Assembly (NCBI GenBank): GCA_963817895.1 | Contig: CAWFQB010000010.1 | Coordinates: forward strand, 128,001-192,000 | Direction: 5' to 3' | Origin: an uncultured Chthonomonadaceae bacterium | GTDB lineage: Bacteria > Armatimonadota > Chthonomonadetes > Chthonomonadales > Chthonomonadaceae | Length of the DNA: 64,000 nucleotides | Shown here: piece after piece, positions 21,075-32,243 of the stretch | How the letters are laid out: each line of letters begins with the position of its first letter | Numbering within the stretch: the first letter of the stretch is position 1 | The notes under the pieces: generated by a model | Seen by the model: only the letters and a program-made list of their open reading frames with translations | Told to the model about the DNA's origin: nothing | Databases searched by the model: none | Translations under genes and position numbers: made by a program

Positions 21075-23154
21075 ATGAACGCCGTGAAACATACCAACCG
21101 CTTGGCGCAGGAAACCAGTCCGTACCTGCTTCAGCATGCCCATAATCCCGTAGACTGGTTTGCGTGGGGTGAAGAGGCGTTTGCGCTTGCCCGAACTGAG
21201 AACAAGCCAATTTTGCTGTCTGTCGGCTATTCCGCGTGTCACTGGTGTCACGTCATGGAACGCGAGAGTTTTGAAAACGAGGCTATTGCCGCGATTATGA
21301 ACCGCGAGTACGTGTGCATCAAGGTAGACCGCGAAGAGCGCCCGGATGTGGACGCCATTTATATGAGCGCGGTGCAGTTGATGACAGGACAGGGCGGCTG
21401 GCCTATGACCGTGTTTATGACGCCGGATGGCAAGCCGTTCTTTGGCGGCACGTATTTCCCGCCCGAAGATATGTACGGACGCCCCGGCTTTCCTCGTATT
21501 CTGGAAGCCGTCGCGACTGCATGGCAGACGGAACAGGCGGGCATCGAGGCGCAATCCGACACCATCCTGTCCCACATGGATCAGGGCAACGATTTGACAC
21601 GCGATTTGCAGGACAGTCTCTTAACGCCTAAAATTCTGGAAAACGCTTATACAACGCTTTCTTCCTCATTCGACCGGCAGCACGGCGGGTTCGGCAATGC
21701 CCCGAAGTTCCCGCAGCCCGCCAATCTGGATTTTCTGCTCCGCTTCCACGCGCGCAGCAAGCGTCAGGAACCCCTGCAAATGGTGGAAAAGACGCTGCAA
21801 AAAATGGCATTGGGCGGCATGTACGATCAGTTGGGCGGCGGTTTCCATCGTTACAGCACAGATCAAGTCTGGCTTGTCCCTCATTTCGAGAAAATGCTGT
21901 ACGACAACGCGCAGCTTGCGCAAACGTATGCCCATGCGTTCCAAATCACGGGCAAAGCGTTTTACAAGGGCGTGGCGGAAGAGACATTGGAATATGTTCT
22001 GCGCGAAATGACCAGCGTGGAGGGCGGCTTTTACTCGGCGCAGGACGCGGACAGCGAGGGCGAAGAGGGCAAATTCTTCGTATGGACGCCCGAAGAGGTG
22101 ACGGCCATTTTGGGCGAACAGGACGCCAAAGTGTTCAATGCCTTTTACGACGTAAGCAAGGGCGGCAACTGGGAAGGCAACAACATCCTGCACGTTGTTA
22201 TGGATGCGAAGGACGTAGCGCAGCAGTTCGGTTTAACGGTGGAACAGGCCGCGCAAATTCTGGACAAGGCCCGCATCGCAATGCTGCAAGCCCGCGAAGC
22301 AGCGCGTGAAGCCCGGACTGGACGATAAAATTCTGACCGCATGGAACGGCCTGATGCTGGCCGCGTTTGCCGAGTGCGGCGCGATCTTCAACCGTCAGGA
22401 TTTCATAGACGCGGCGGTTAAGAACGCCGACTTTATTTTGAGCGAGTTGGCGCAGCCGGACGACAAAACGCGCTTATTGCGAACCTACCGCAATGGGCAG
22501 GCGAAACTGAACGGCTACCTGGAGGATTACGCCTTTTATGCCGATGGCCTGCTGCATCTGTATCAGGCAACTTTTGACACAAAATGGCTGGCTGAAGCGC
22601 AGACGCTTGCCGACACCATGCTGGAACATTTCTGGGACGAGGCGCATAGCGGTTTTTACACGACCAGCAACGACCACGAACAACTGGTACAACGCCTGAA
22701 AGATTTGGACGACAACGCCACGCCAAGCGGCAATTCCGTTGGCGTGGAAGTTCTGCTCAAACTATGGGCATTTACGGGGGGTGAGCGGTATCAGCAAGCC
22801 GCCGCCCGCGTGTTGCGCAAACTCGGTCCGGTTCTGGAAAAGCATCCCTACGGTTTCGCCCGACTGCTCGGCGCGTTGGATTTGTATCTTGCTGGCCCGC
22901 AGGAAATCGGACTGCGCGGCGAACCGTCCGATCCAATCACGCAGGCCATGCTCCGCGCCGCCTTCACGCCCTTCCTGCCCAACAAGGTAATCGGCTTACT
23001 GCCAAATACCAACGCCGCCGGAAACAATATTGCGTTCCTCAATGACCGTCCCGCCGTGAATGGTCAGCCGACTGCGTATGTGTGCCAGAAGTTCGCCTGC
23101 AAAGCGCCTGTTACGACTACGGAAGCCCTTGTGAGACAGTTACAGGAGGGATAA
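21075..23154 (+). CDS. Thioredoxin-domain protein of the YyaL/SSP411 family; frame break near 22295
   Basis: [45 protein letters not shown]; second half [16 protein letters not shown]...C. Confidence 0.92.
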
Positions 23155-23159
23155 TTCAC

Positions 23160-23305
23160 CACCCGCTGCGCTAGAGACACAGAGGCGCAGAGGAAAAGCC
23201 AGTACGAGAAGGAGATACGAGAGGGAACCGCGAAATACACGAAATACACCAAAAATCAAAACGAAATAGACAGGATTAACAGAGTTTTCAGGATTAACAG
23301 GATCT
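23160..23305. repeat. Mosaic of short degenerate tandem repeats (CACAGAG, GATACGA, CGAAATACA, CAGGATTAA)
   Basis: Read directly between the yyaL stop and the XisH fragment. Confidence 0.7.
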
Positions 23306-23314
23306 TCGTACAAA

Positions 23315-23645
23315 CAGTCTTCGTTGATTTGGGCGCGGAAAGGCCACTCGCGGCGGAAAAGAGGGGCGCAAGATTGCCGTTGAGATCAAGGGATACAATC
23401 CTTTGTCGCCCATTTACGCCATACAAAGAGCGTTGGGCCAGTATCTTTTTTATCGCTATCTCGTGCAGCAGCGGCAACCTGAGCGTGTTGTTTGGCTTGC
23501 GCTACCGCAGCAGACATTGGAATTGTTTGAGCAGGAACCCGAAATTGGCGACATGATGCAGTATTATGGCGTGTTCAGGCTCATCTATGATGCAGAAGAG
23601 GAGACGATTATTCAATGGATCGAACCGAACGCTACCGAATCGTAA
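23315..23645 (+). pseudogene. xisH: XisH-family protein, 5'-truncated and frame-broken
   Basis: VDLGAERPLAAEK / KIAVEIK / ALGQYLFYR / PERVVWLAL / IIQWI. Confidence 0.8.
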
Positions 23646-23950
23646 TCAAGGAACTGCTTCAAGAAGTGGCAGGCTACGTGCCTTCCACAGACAGCGTTCG
23701 CACGGAACTTCTGTTTGACGATGAGCGCGGGCATTATCAACTCTGCGTTGTGGGGTGGGAAGGAAAAAAGCGCGTCCATAATATTATGATGCACTTCGAC
23801 CTCATAGACGGCAAGATATGGGTTCAGGAGAACGCAACGGATATTGATATTGAACACTACTTTTTTCAGGCAGGTGTCCTCTTCGAACATATTATGCCGG
23901 GATTGGTTTCGCCGGAAGAGCGGCAGTACTCCGGTCTTGCTGCCGCCTGA
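23615..23950 (+). CDS. xisI: XisI-family protein
   Basis: LFDDERGHYQL...GW...HFDLIDGKIWVQEN.TD. Confidence 0.9.
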   Translation: MDRTERYRIVIKELLQEVAGYVPSTDSVRTELLFDDERGHYQLCVVGWEGKKRVHNIMMHFDLIDGKIWVQENATDIDIEHYFFQAGVLFEHIMPGLVSPEERQYSGLAAA

Positions 23951-24094
23951 CTAGACTAATCGCTTGTACGGCTTCGTTACAACAAACTGTTCATCCGCAA
24001 GCACCTGAAACTTGCCAAACTTCCGCTCCTCCCAGGTAATGAACAATACCGACAGTTCTTTGAACGGTACATGACTTTGATTCAATTTCAGGGT

Positions 24095-24456
24095 ATCAAA
24101 TAACGCCCCAATTCTGCCGCAGCGCGAGGCGGAACTTCTTGCAGGCATGGCGCAAACCGCTAAGTATGAGGGACAAGCCCGCTACCACGACTTGAACGCA
24201 GAGTTGGGACACTGCGTCCTGACACCGGGCGAACAAAGCGAACTGCGCGAACTCATCGCCCTCTCCCAAGCGCAAACCGCGCAACGACTTTCCCTGTTGC
24301 TTGAGTTGTCTCAACTGCGCCGTATTTCGCTTTCCACTCTGATGAAACAACTGCAAATCAAGGCGCCCGGCGTCGTCTGAATATGTATCGAAGCGGCTCC
24401 GCGCGGAGATTGCCCGCCACGCAGGAGGCCGTTGTAAATACTGTCGAAAGAGTATT
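24095..24456 (+). pseudogene. Remnant of a helical antitoxin-like gene plus the N-terminal stub of an HNH nuclease
   Basis: LTPGEQSELRELI...RLSLLLELSQLR; then YVSKRLRAEIARHAGGRCKYCRK (24382-24450). Confidence 0.5.
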
Positions 24457-25953
24457 ATGAACGAACGCTTTAGAAGAATATCGCGGCTTTTGAGTGTTGT
24501 TGCGTTTCTTACGCTTGCCAATGCCGTGTACTCGCAGGCACGGACAGAGGAAGGCGCCGAAACCCGCTATCTGGCCTTTCAAGTGTTCACCGGTTCGCCC
24601 GACCCGGCAGTACCCATTGGCGATTCGGGGCTGCTTCCGCTCGGCCCTATCCCTTCGCAAGACGAACTGAGCGCGTTTGTTCAGGACGTTGTTCACCGGG
24701 TTGGCAGGAGTGGCGATAAACATACCCATCTGGCAATCATCTTCGGCCCGCTGTCGTTTGACCATTCTGATACGGAGGCGCGACACCTCGTCGCGTCGGC
24801 CTTTGCTATCGCTTTGAAACAGAACGTCGCCATCGGGTTTCATCTGGACGATTCGATGTTCTGGGCGCGGCGCGCCGACCTGTTGCGCAGCCCGGATAAT
24901 GTAGAATGGCTGGACTGGAACGGAACGCCATCAACCGGGCGGCGCATTGAGTGGGGGCCGCAGCCCAAAAAGATTCCGCCACAGATGTGTTTCAACAGCA
25001 AATCAGTTCAGGCCGAAGTACGGCGACGCGCCACTGAAGTCATCGGCAAAGCCATCAAAGTGGGTGTAGACCAACTCCGGCAACAGAGAAAAGAAGACCT
25101 TTTCGTGGGCGTGATTGCGGGATGGGAAACGCAAATTGGGCAGGACTTCGACACGGGGCGCTATTTGGGCTACCATGCGCTTACCAATCGCGGTTTCAGC
25201 AAGAATCATCTGCCTCCCGATATGGATAAAGAGCGCGAAAAGATCGTGCAGGAGTTTATTAACGTCTGGTGCAAAGGGCTTGCGGACGCGGGGATTCCAA
25301 CCGACAAAATATACTCGCACACCGCTTTTTTGTCGCGCCGGTTATTCGAGGGACAGCCTGCGCAGACCGTTTCTTACTCGGAACACAACCATTTCGCGTC
25401 GCCGTCCATCGCTTTTGGGCCGTCGCATCGTCCCGGCTTCAGCACGTATCCGCAGCCCGGACTTTTCGAGCAAATCTATGCGGAAACCGCGCAGCGCGGT
25501 CAGACCGGGTGGGCCTCCAGTGAAGGCACGAACTTGCAGCTCGGCAGCGGGCCGGGGCAGTCGGGCATGAACATGGAAACCTATCTGGCGAAGATGTTCA
25601 ATCATGGGGCTACGCTGGTAAATATTTTCTCGTGGGGCGTTGGCGGCGAAGCGAACAGGAAAATAGACTTTCGCGTGGTGACGGAGGGGGAAGAAGCCCT
25701 GAACGCCTATCGGAAGTTTTTGCAGGGCGAACGGCTTGTGGAAACCGTGTCCACCTCAACCTCCTATCTGGAGCGGCTTCCCGCCAAAATCCATCGTATA
25801 CAGCAGGAGTTGCCCGCATGGATTCAGAAAACCGGGAAGCAGGCGCAGGCCGAACCGTTGATGCGCAAATTGGAGGCCGCGCTGAAAGCCAACAACTTTA
25901 CGGAAGCGGAACAGACTGCCGATAGTCTCTTGAAACTGCTGGCCTCCCCATAA
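24457..25953 (+). CDS. Secreted hypothetical protein, possibly a glycoside-hydrolase-like TIM barrel
   Basis: 498 aa; signal peptide; NVEWLDWNG, PQMCFNS, GWET, SSEG; family call is inference. Confidence 0.55.
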   Translation: MNERFRRISRLLSVVAFLTLANAVYSQARTEEGAETRYLAFQVFTGSPDPAVPIGDSGLLPLGPIPSQDELSAFVQDVVHRVGRSGDKHTHLAIIFGPLSFDHSDTEARHLVASAFAIALKQNVAIGFHLDDSMFWARRADLLRSPDNVEWLDWNGTPSTGRRIEWGPQPKKIPPQMCFNSKSVQAEVRRRATEVIGKAIKVGVDQLRQQRKEDLFVGVIAGWETQIGQDFDTGRYLGYHALTNRGFSKNHLPPDMDKEREKIVQEFINVWCKGLADAGIPTDKIYSHTAFLSRRLFEGQPAQTVSYSEHNHFASPSIAFGPSHRPGFSTYPQPGLFEQIYAETAQRGQTGWASSEGTNLQLGSGPGQSGMNMETYLAKMFNHGATLVNIFSWGVGGEANRKIDFRVVTEGEEALNAYRKFLQGERLVETVSTSTSYLERLPAKIHRIQQELPAWIQKTGKQAQAEPLMRKLEAALKANNFTEAEQTADSLLKLLASP

Positions 25954-26031
25954 ATTTTCATCACAACGCGCCCTGTTTGTTCTTTTTTGTATTCTGTTCT
26001 TTTTTCGTTTATTTCGCGTGTTTGGCGATTT

Positions 26032-26613
26032 CTACTCTCTTCTCCTCTCTATTCCGGCAAGCAGTTCATTGCGGTGGGCGGCGAACTCTTCCTCTGACAG
26101 CGCAGGCGTCAAGTTGTGAAGAGGAAGCGGGCGGTCGAGTGTAACCCATGATTTACAGCCGACATATGCGGCCTGCATATCCAGCGTGACGGGGTTGGGC
26201 AGGTTGTAAACGCGCAGGATGAGCAGGTACAGCGGGTCGTAGGGATTAAAGTCGAAGCGCTGCTTTACGTAAGCGGCGTTCCAGATGTGGCTGTCGGCAA
26301 GCGCATTTACCTGCGCATCATCCCGCGCCTGTAAAATGGTGTCCACAATGGCGTACGCGGAAATCGTGACTCTGTCCGAGTCGCTCGGCTCGGCTTGCAG
26401 GGCGTGAAGGCGCGACACCCATTCCGGTTGTAATAGCGCGGCGTCCTGATGCTCATACGTGGGCATCAGGAAGAACTCGCGGTCTGTAATGGTAAAGTTT
26501 CCCTCTTCCTCGCGTATCCCGCCCTTGCGAATCAGCAGGATTTGCTTTCCGCACTGCAACGCCTCACAGGAAACCGCCCACTCCTTAAACGCCCGGTCAC
26601 ATTCTGCTTTCAT
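26032..26613 (-). CDS. DUF1802-family protein
   Basis: AFKEWAV...GKQILLIRKGGIRE, PTYEHQ, GCKSWV. Confidence 0.9.
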   Translation of the reverse strand: MKAECDRAFKEWAVSCEALQCGKQILLIRKGGIREEEGNFTITDREFFLMPTYEHQDAALLQPEWVSRLHALQAEPSDSDRVTISAYAIVDTILQARDDAQVNALADSHIWNAAYVKQRFDFNPYDPLYLLILRVYNLPNPVTLDMQAAYVGCKSWVTLDRPLPLHNLTPALSEEEFAAHRNELLAGIERRRE

Positions 26614-26742
26614 TGAGATTGCTCTCCCTTTCTCGTCTTTTCTCGTTTATTTCGCGTGTAATGCGGTACTCTCTCCTCAATTTCCTCTTCTTTTCTCTGT
26701 GAAGTCTCTGTGTCTCTGTGGTGAACCGTATTTTCGTTTTTG

Positions 26743-28431
26743 CTAATCGGCGGATTCGCAGCCGTGCCGGAGTACGTTCAACGCGCTTTTGGCTTGCGGG
26801 GCGATGACGGCGGTGACGCGGGTATGGGGTTCCAATCGGGTGTCGGCAATCGGAACCCATTCGCGGCTGCCCTCCCGGCAACTGATAAGGATGCAGCCGG
26901 GGGGCAAGCCGAGTTCGCGCACCAGTTTGCCCGCGAACGGCGCGTTCGGCTCCACTTCCAGTTCCAGCACGAGGGGTTCTTTGGGATCGGGAAGCGGGCC
27001 GCCGCGCAATAGATCGCGTTCCAGCAGGTTCTCGTAAATGGGCAGTTCGCCCAACCCTTCGGCAACCGCATACGCGCCGAAACACGCCACGAGCAGGGGC
27101 AGCATCTGCGCGTAATTGCCGGTCATTTCAATAATCAGCACGATGCCGGTCAGCGGGGCGCGAACAATGGCGGTGAAGTACGCGGCCATGCCCACGACGG
27201 CGAAAATGGCGGGATTGGGAACCAGATGCGGGAACAACTGCCCCGTCACTTTGCCGATTCCTAATCCTATCAGCGCGCCAAGCACGAGCAGGGGCGCGAA
27301 AATGCCGCCCGGAGCGCCTGTGCCGTAACTCGCCATTGAAAGGACGAAGCGCAGCCCGAACCAGAGCGGTATGGCCCATAATGCGGCGTTGCCATCCAGA
27401 AACATTTCCGCAAGTCCGTGTCCACCCCCAACACTCAGGGGTGAAAACCACGCGACTAATCCCACCAGCCCGCCCGCGACAATGGCGGGAAGCAGGCGCA
27501 GGCGTTCCGGCAGGCGGGCGACAAGATTGAGCGTGGCGATAAGCGAACGGTTGTACAACACGCCGAGCAGTCCGCACGCAATGCCGAGCAGGGCGAAAGC
27601 GGGCAGTACGCTCAGGTCGGGAACCGGATAACTCGGAACACGGAACACGGGAACCTGCCCGGACGCGAAACGCGCCACAATGTCCCCGGTTGCCGCCGCG
27701 ACAAAAGCCGCGCCGAAAACCGCCTGCCGAAAATCTTTTTGCACCTCTTCCAGCACGAAGATCAGGCCGGCAAGCGGCGCGTTGAACGCGGCGGCTAACC
27801 CGGCTCCCGCGCCCGCCGCCATCAGCGTCAGGCGGTCACGCTGCCCGACATTCAGCCAACTCGCCACTGCCGCGCCCACCGCGCCGCCCATCTGCACGGT
27901 CGGCCCCTCCCGTCCCAACGCCAGTCCGCTCCCCAGCGCCAACGCGCCGCCGAAGAACTTTACGGGCAGAACGCGCTTCCAATTCAGTTCACGCAAACGG
28001 TGCAGCACGGCCTCTAAATGCGGGATGCCGCTGCCGGACGCTTCCGGCGCGTAACGGCGAACAAGGTAAACCGAAGCCGTCGCGCCCGCCATGCCGAACA
28101 AAACGGGAAATATCCAGCCAAACACGGGCCAGTGATGGGCGCGGACAAGCAGCAGGTTACGCAGGTTGTCCCCGCCGGTTAAAATCGCCCGGAACGCAAC
28201 CGCCAGCAGTCCCGCCAGCAATCCCACAAGCGCGGCGCGGGGGAACAGGCGGCGGCGCTGCTGCTGAAAACTCAGATAGTCCTGTATTTCGGAGCGTACC
28301 TGCGCGGAGGACGCTTCTACTTCCGCCACCGTTGCTTTTCCTTCAGTTGTGGCAGTATTCACGTCTCGCGCGGCAGTGGAAGCGTTTTCCGCAACCGTTT
28401 CTATGGATTCGTCGGCGTGTTCTGGTTTCAC
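26743..28431 (-). CDS. clcA: ClC H+/Cl- antiporter with a C-terminal TrkA_C (RCK_C) domain
   Basis: GSGIP, GREGP, GGIFAP signature motifs. Confidence 0.93.
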   Translation of the reverse strand: MKPEHADESIETVAENASTAARDVNTATTEGKATVAEVEASSAQVRSEIQDYLSFQQQRRRLFPRAALVGLLAGLLAVAFRAILTGGDNLRNLLLVRAHHWPVFGWIFPVLFGMAGATASVYLVRRYAPEASGSGIPHLEAVLHRLRELNWKRVLPVKFFGGALALGSGLALGREGPTVQMGGAVGAAVASWLNVGQRDRLTLMAAGAGAGLAAAFNAPLAGLIFVLEEVQKDFRQAVFGAAFVAAATGDIVARFASGQVPVFRVPSYPVPDLSVLPAFALLGIACGLLGVLYNRSLIATLNLVARLPERLRLLPAIVAGGLVGLVAWFSPLSVGGGHGLAEMFLDGNAALWAIPLWFGLRFVLSMASYGTGAPGGIFAPLLVLGALIGLGIGKVTGQLFPHLVPNPAIFAVVGMAAYFTAIVRAPLTGIVLIIEMTGNYAQMLPLLVACFGAYAVAEGLGELPIYENLLERDLLRGGPLPDPKEPLVLELEVEPNAPFAGKLVRELGLPPGCILISCREGSREWVPIADTRLEPHTRVTAVIAPQAKSALNVLRHGCESAD

Positions 28432-29826
28432 GAGGCTGCGCTCCTGCCGGATTGCGCGTGATCGGAGCCGTCAGGAGAGCGCGAAAGGCCATTGCCGGAA
28501 GCGGCGGAGGCAAGACTTGCAAGGGCTTCGGGCATGTTCTGGATAATCACGGTTTGAATATCGGTGGGCATGGAGATATGTTCGTGGTCGAAGGCGTCCT
28601 TCACGCGCCGCATACACCGGCTGCCGACGCGCATGTAATCAGCTCGCTGCGAACTGGCATAAAAGCGGATGCGCAGATTGACCGTTGAGGCGGCGAGTTC
28701 ATCAATCAGCACATCGGGCGGCGGGTCTTCCGCCACGCCATCGGTGCCGCGAACGGTTTCCAGCGCCACTTCCTGCGCCCGGTCAATGTCGTCCTCATAG
28801 CCGATGCCGATAATAAATTCGCGCCGCCGGTGCGGACTGGCCGTGTTCGATGTGACAATGGACGTAAATACGTCGCCGTTAGGGATAATTACGAGCCGGT
28901 TGTCATAGGTGCGCAGGTACAGGGCGCGGAGTTCGATACGCTCTACCGTGCCTTCAAACTCCTTGACGACAATCTGATCCCCGATGTGGAACTGCCGCCC
29001 CATCAGCAGCATAAAGCCCGCGAAGAAATGCGACAGTATATCCTTGAAGGCGAAGCCAAGCACAAAGCCGGAAATTCCCAGCGTGGTGGCGATGCTACCG
29101 CTATCCAGTCCGATTGTGGACAAAATGGCGAGCGCCCCCACTGTCCACGTTCCGTAAAACGTGAGCGCGATAAATAATTGTCGCAGATTGGCGTCGAAGC
29201 GGGCGTGGGAGATCAGGAACTTCGCGATTTTTCTATTGATGCGGGCCAGCCCCCAGAAGATAAAGGTGAGGACTATAGCCCCGGCGAAGTGCGGAATCCA
29301 GCGCAGCACAGACGCCAACAGGTCGGAAAACGAGTTGCGAATGAGTATGCCCGCGCCCGTCACCGGGTTACTGTGCGCGGTGCGCAGCGTCAATCACGGC
29401 CCGCGCCATTTTCTCGCCCCATTTTTGCGCCAACGCCTGCCGGGTGGTCAGCGCGTCCTGCGCGTCCGCGTCCGTAATGGTCATTACGGTGTCGCCGCCG
29501 ATCTGAACGATTGTCTGATTGTCCTTCTCCTGCAAATCCTGCGGCGAAAACGGCGGCACGTCGTTGGTGCGCAAAATCAGGTTGACCAGACGGCGGTGTA
29601 TTTTGTCGGCGCGTTCGGCAGCCGTCAGGCCACTCCCGGCAAGCACATCGAACAGTTTACGATTGTCCAGTTTTACAGAGGCGTAGGCTCCCGCAGGCGC
29701 GGCAGGCGCGCTGCTGTCCGGGGCTGTGCCTCCCGGCGTCTGCGCCCGGATAATTACGGGAAGAAGTAATCCAAACACAACAAGCGCAAACAGGGTGACA
29801 AGGGTAAGGCGTCGAACCAATTTCAT
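28428..29826 (-). CDS. mscS: MscS mechanosensitive channel with an exported N-terminal domain; frame break near 29390
   Basis: GFAFKDILSHFFAG, FHIGDQI, IIPNG; upstream ORF with signal peptide overlaps out of frame. Confidence 0.85.
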
Positions 29827-29850
29827 ACGATTTCCTTTTGAATACAGCGT

Positions 29851-29905
29851 AAAGGAGTGTTCCTGTCGTAAATACGTCAGGAACACTCCTAATGTTGTCT
29901 GTCTG
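29851..29905. repeat. Palindromic element, direct copy of 32150-32205
   Basis: aaaggagtgttcctg...caggaacactcct-aatgttgtctgt versus aaaggagcgttcctg...caggaacgctcct-tatgttgtctgt. Confidence 0.85.
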
Positions 29906-30007
29906 CTCATGCCTGCCATCATACATGCTCACGAGTCAGTCTGGCGCGTTTGTCGGGGCGCGTAATTTCCAGAGAACAATCGTAATCTACCAGAACGCAA
30001 CGGGGCT

Positions 30008-31894
30008 TTATTGTGCCCCGGTGGTTGTGGCCGGTTTCTGAGTGATAGGTGTCGTAATTGCCAGGTGTAGATCAGAACTGTCTACTATACCTATTGCCGT
30101 CTTTCGTGGCCGTAGTCCCAACAACATCTGTCGCTCGTGACGATCCTTATAGACATGCAGCAGAGGCTGTAAATACAGGGTCTGTTGCTCCTGGTCGCCT
30201 GTCAGAGTGTTGAAGTTCAACTCTCCCTTCAGTAAGGTCGTCCGTTGGTCGGCATTCAAGCTTGCATAGAACAGCATCAGGCGATAGTGTAACACTAAAA
30301 TTTCTATCTGTTGTCTGAAAGGGGCATACGGGGTTCGTGCCTGCGGAGCATCAGAAGGTATGTGCCTTATATCCATCCCCCAGGCATACTGTTCCCTGTT
30401 CTCCGGTGGAAGAGTGACATAAGCAAGCCCATTGAAAATCTGCCAGGGCGTGAGCGTACTCACGACTTCCGCCTGCCAGTCCAGCATACTTCGCGTCAGC
30501 GCTGCCTTTGCCTCCGGGGAAACGGGCGATTTGCTGGCCGATGCCTTTGCCCATTCTCGAACGTTTTGAACCAGCCACCGGCGCAACAGGGGAGCGGGAA
30601 CCTCCAATCCGTCGTCCCGGTACCAGCGATTGTCGCGGCACAGGTAGATGTCGCCCGACTGCTTCCAACTTAGGTCCAGTTCCGCAGCGCACAGATTTAG
30701 TTCTTCCTTGAGGCCCATTCTCAATTGGGCAGGCATTGTCGTGGGATGCGTTCCCCCCATCAAAGAGTAATAATCTGCGACAAACTCCAGGTGTGCCAGG
30801 TCTGCCAGCCACTCCAGCGCCTCCGCGCGATTTTGGTAAGACAGGTGGGTTTTGGAGGGCAAATCATTGGGCCAGACGCGACTCTCCTGATAAGCGGCGA
30901 GTTCTTTCCAGACGGAAGGAGCATTGCGCCCCATCTGTTTGACCCTTCTGGGCAAAGCCTCATGATCAATGCGAAAAGCAGGCTTTTCGGCATCGAAGTT
31001 TACGTCAATGTGGAAGCCGGCGGGCAGCAAGTCGCCATTGAGATTTACCACATCCGCCGAGATGATGCTTCCGACGTTCTCAAAAAGAACATAACTATTG
31101 TCCAGCGTATCGGTTTGGGAATTGTAAAGGCGCAATCGGGCCGATAACTGCTCCTGAGCCTGGGGAGGCAGGGCGTTTAAGGGAACGATTACGGCACCCT
31201 CATCCATGCCATTCTGCCAGATGTGGCCTCTTTCCTGATAGTAAGGCGTCTGATTAAGGCTGTACGCGATCTTCTCCTGGAGGGGAGCGGACAGCAGATT
31301 GAAAAATGTAGGGCCGGCGAGGAGCTGCTGTTTGAACCCCTCGTGGTTGCCGTCGGCGGAAGTCACCTCTCCTTTGATCTCCGGCCGCGCCTGCATCGTT
31401 TGCAATGCCCGCCGGGGTATCTCCTCCCATAGCCGCTGTCGCTCTCCCAAAAAGAGATTCCACCAGCGCTGACGACGGCTCACTGCGGACTGGCTCATCC
31501 TCAGAATATAACCTTTGCCGTCAGGGGCGTGATACCAGGCGCCCGGAACCAGTTGAGCCAGTGAGTTCATAAGTTGACGCACAGGACGATTGAGTAGATT
31601 CAGATGAAGTTTGAGAGTGTCACAGTTCCGATCCGCTGCAAGGGCAAGGTCATCGTGGTTTACTTTGATCAGGAGCGAGTTCAGCGGAATACCGATCTCA
31701 TGCAGGCTGATTTGGCGATCCAGACGGGTATCGGCAGCAAGATCAGCGGGGCGGGTATCATCTTTGCCATTCATAGACGTGATGCTGTGAGATGCAGGAG
31801 CCTTCTGCGCGTGTGCTGGATTACAAAGACAGAGGCAGCAACCGAAATTCAGCCCCAACAAGAGATACGCAAGCGGATTTCTGAGCAGTGCCAT
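30008..31894 (-). CDS. Secreted hypothetical protein with a possible STN/secretin-N-like N-terminal domain
   Basis: 628 aa; signal peptide ending AHA-Q; DTRLDRQISL. Confidence 0.6.
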   Translation of the reverse strand: MALLRNPLAYLLLGLNFGCCLCLCNPAHAQKAPASHSITSMNGKDDTRPADLAADTRLDRQISLHEIGIPLNSLLIKVNHDDLALAADRNCDTLKLHLNLLNRPVRQLMNSLAQLVPGAWYHAPDGKGYILRMSQSAVSRRQRWWNLFLGERQRLWEEIPRRALQTMQARPEIKGEVTSADGNHEGFKQQLLAGPTFFNLLSAPLQEKIAYSLNQTPYYQERGHIWQNGMDEGAVIVPLNALPPQAQEQLSARLRLYNSQTDTLDNSYVLFENVGSIISADVVNLNGDLLPAGFHIDVNFDAEKPAFRIDHEALPRRVKQMGRNAPSVWKELAAYQESRVWPNDLPSKTHLSYQNRAEALEWLADLAHLEFVADYYSLMGGTHPTTMPAQLRMGLKEELNLCAAELDLSWKQSGDIYLCRDNRWYRDDGLEVPAPLLRRWLVQNVREWAKASASKSPVSPEAKAALTRSMLDWQAEVVSTLTPWQIFNGLAYVTLPPENREQYAWGMDIRHIPSDAPQARTPYAPFRQQIEILVLHYRLMLFYASLNADQRTTLLKGELNFNTLTGDQEQQTLYLQPLLHVYKDRHERQMLLGLRPRKTAIGIVDSSDLHLAITTPITQKPATTTGAQ

Positions 31895-32038
31895 GAATCA
31901 TCTCCATACGAAAGGGTTCAAGGAGTTTTCCACCAGAGGAGGTAACGTACTGAACGCCTTGCAGTTGCTGGCGCTCAGTACGTCAGGGAACGTAATTCGC
32001 ATGATCATCAGATAGAAACTTATTTATCTTCTACTTCA

Positions 32039-32075
32039 TTAGTGGTGTGAGAGGGGAAAGTGTAACAGAGCAGGA
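32039..32075 (-). promoter_or_regulatory. Putative ECF promoter, copy 2
   Basis: TCCTGC-n3-GTTAC-n17-CACTAA on the minus strand. Confidence 0.55.
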
Positions 32076-32243
32076 GAAACTTTTTTCGCGCCGCATCAGG
32101 CGCAAGGGAAACATTGACAGGCGAAACGGATACTCTTCAATCAGAGTGCAAAGGAGCGTTCCTGTCATGAATATGTCAGGAACGCTCCTTATGTTGTCTG
32201 TTTGTCAGGCGTATTTGGCGTGACAGAAACTGATGGGCAGTGT

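Noticed and set aside
23315..23950. XisH/XisI as evidence of an excisable fdxN-type element
   Set aside because: No XisF-like recombinase or interrupted gene; XisH is truncated, and such pairs commonly occur alone
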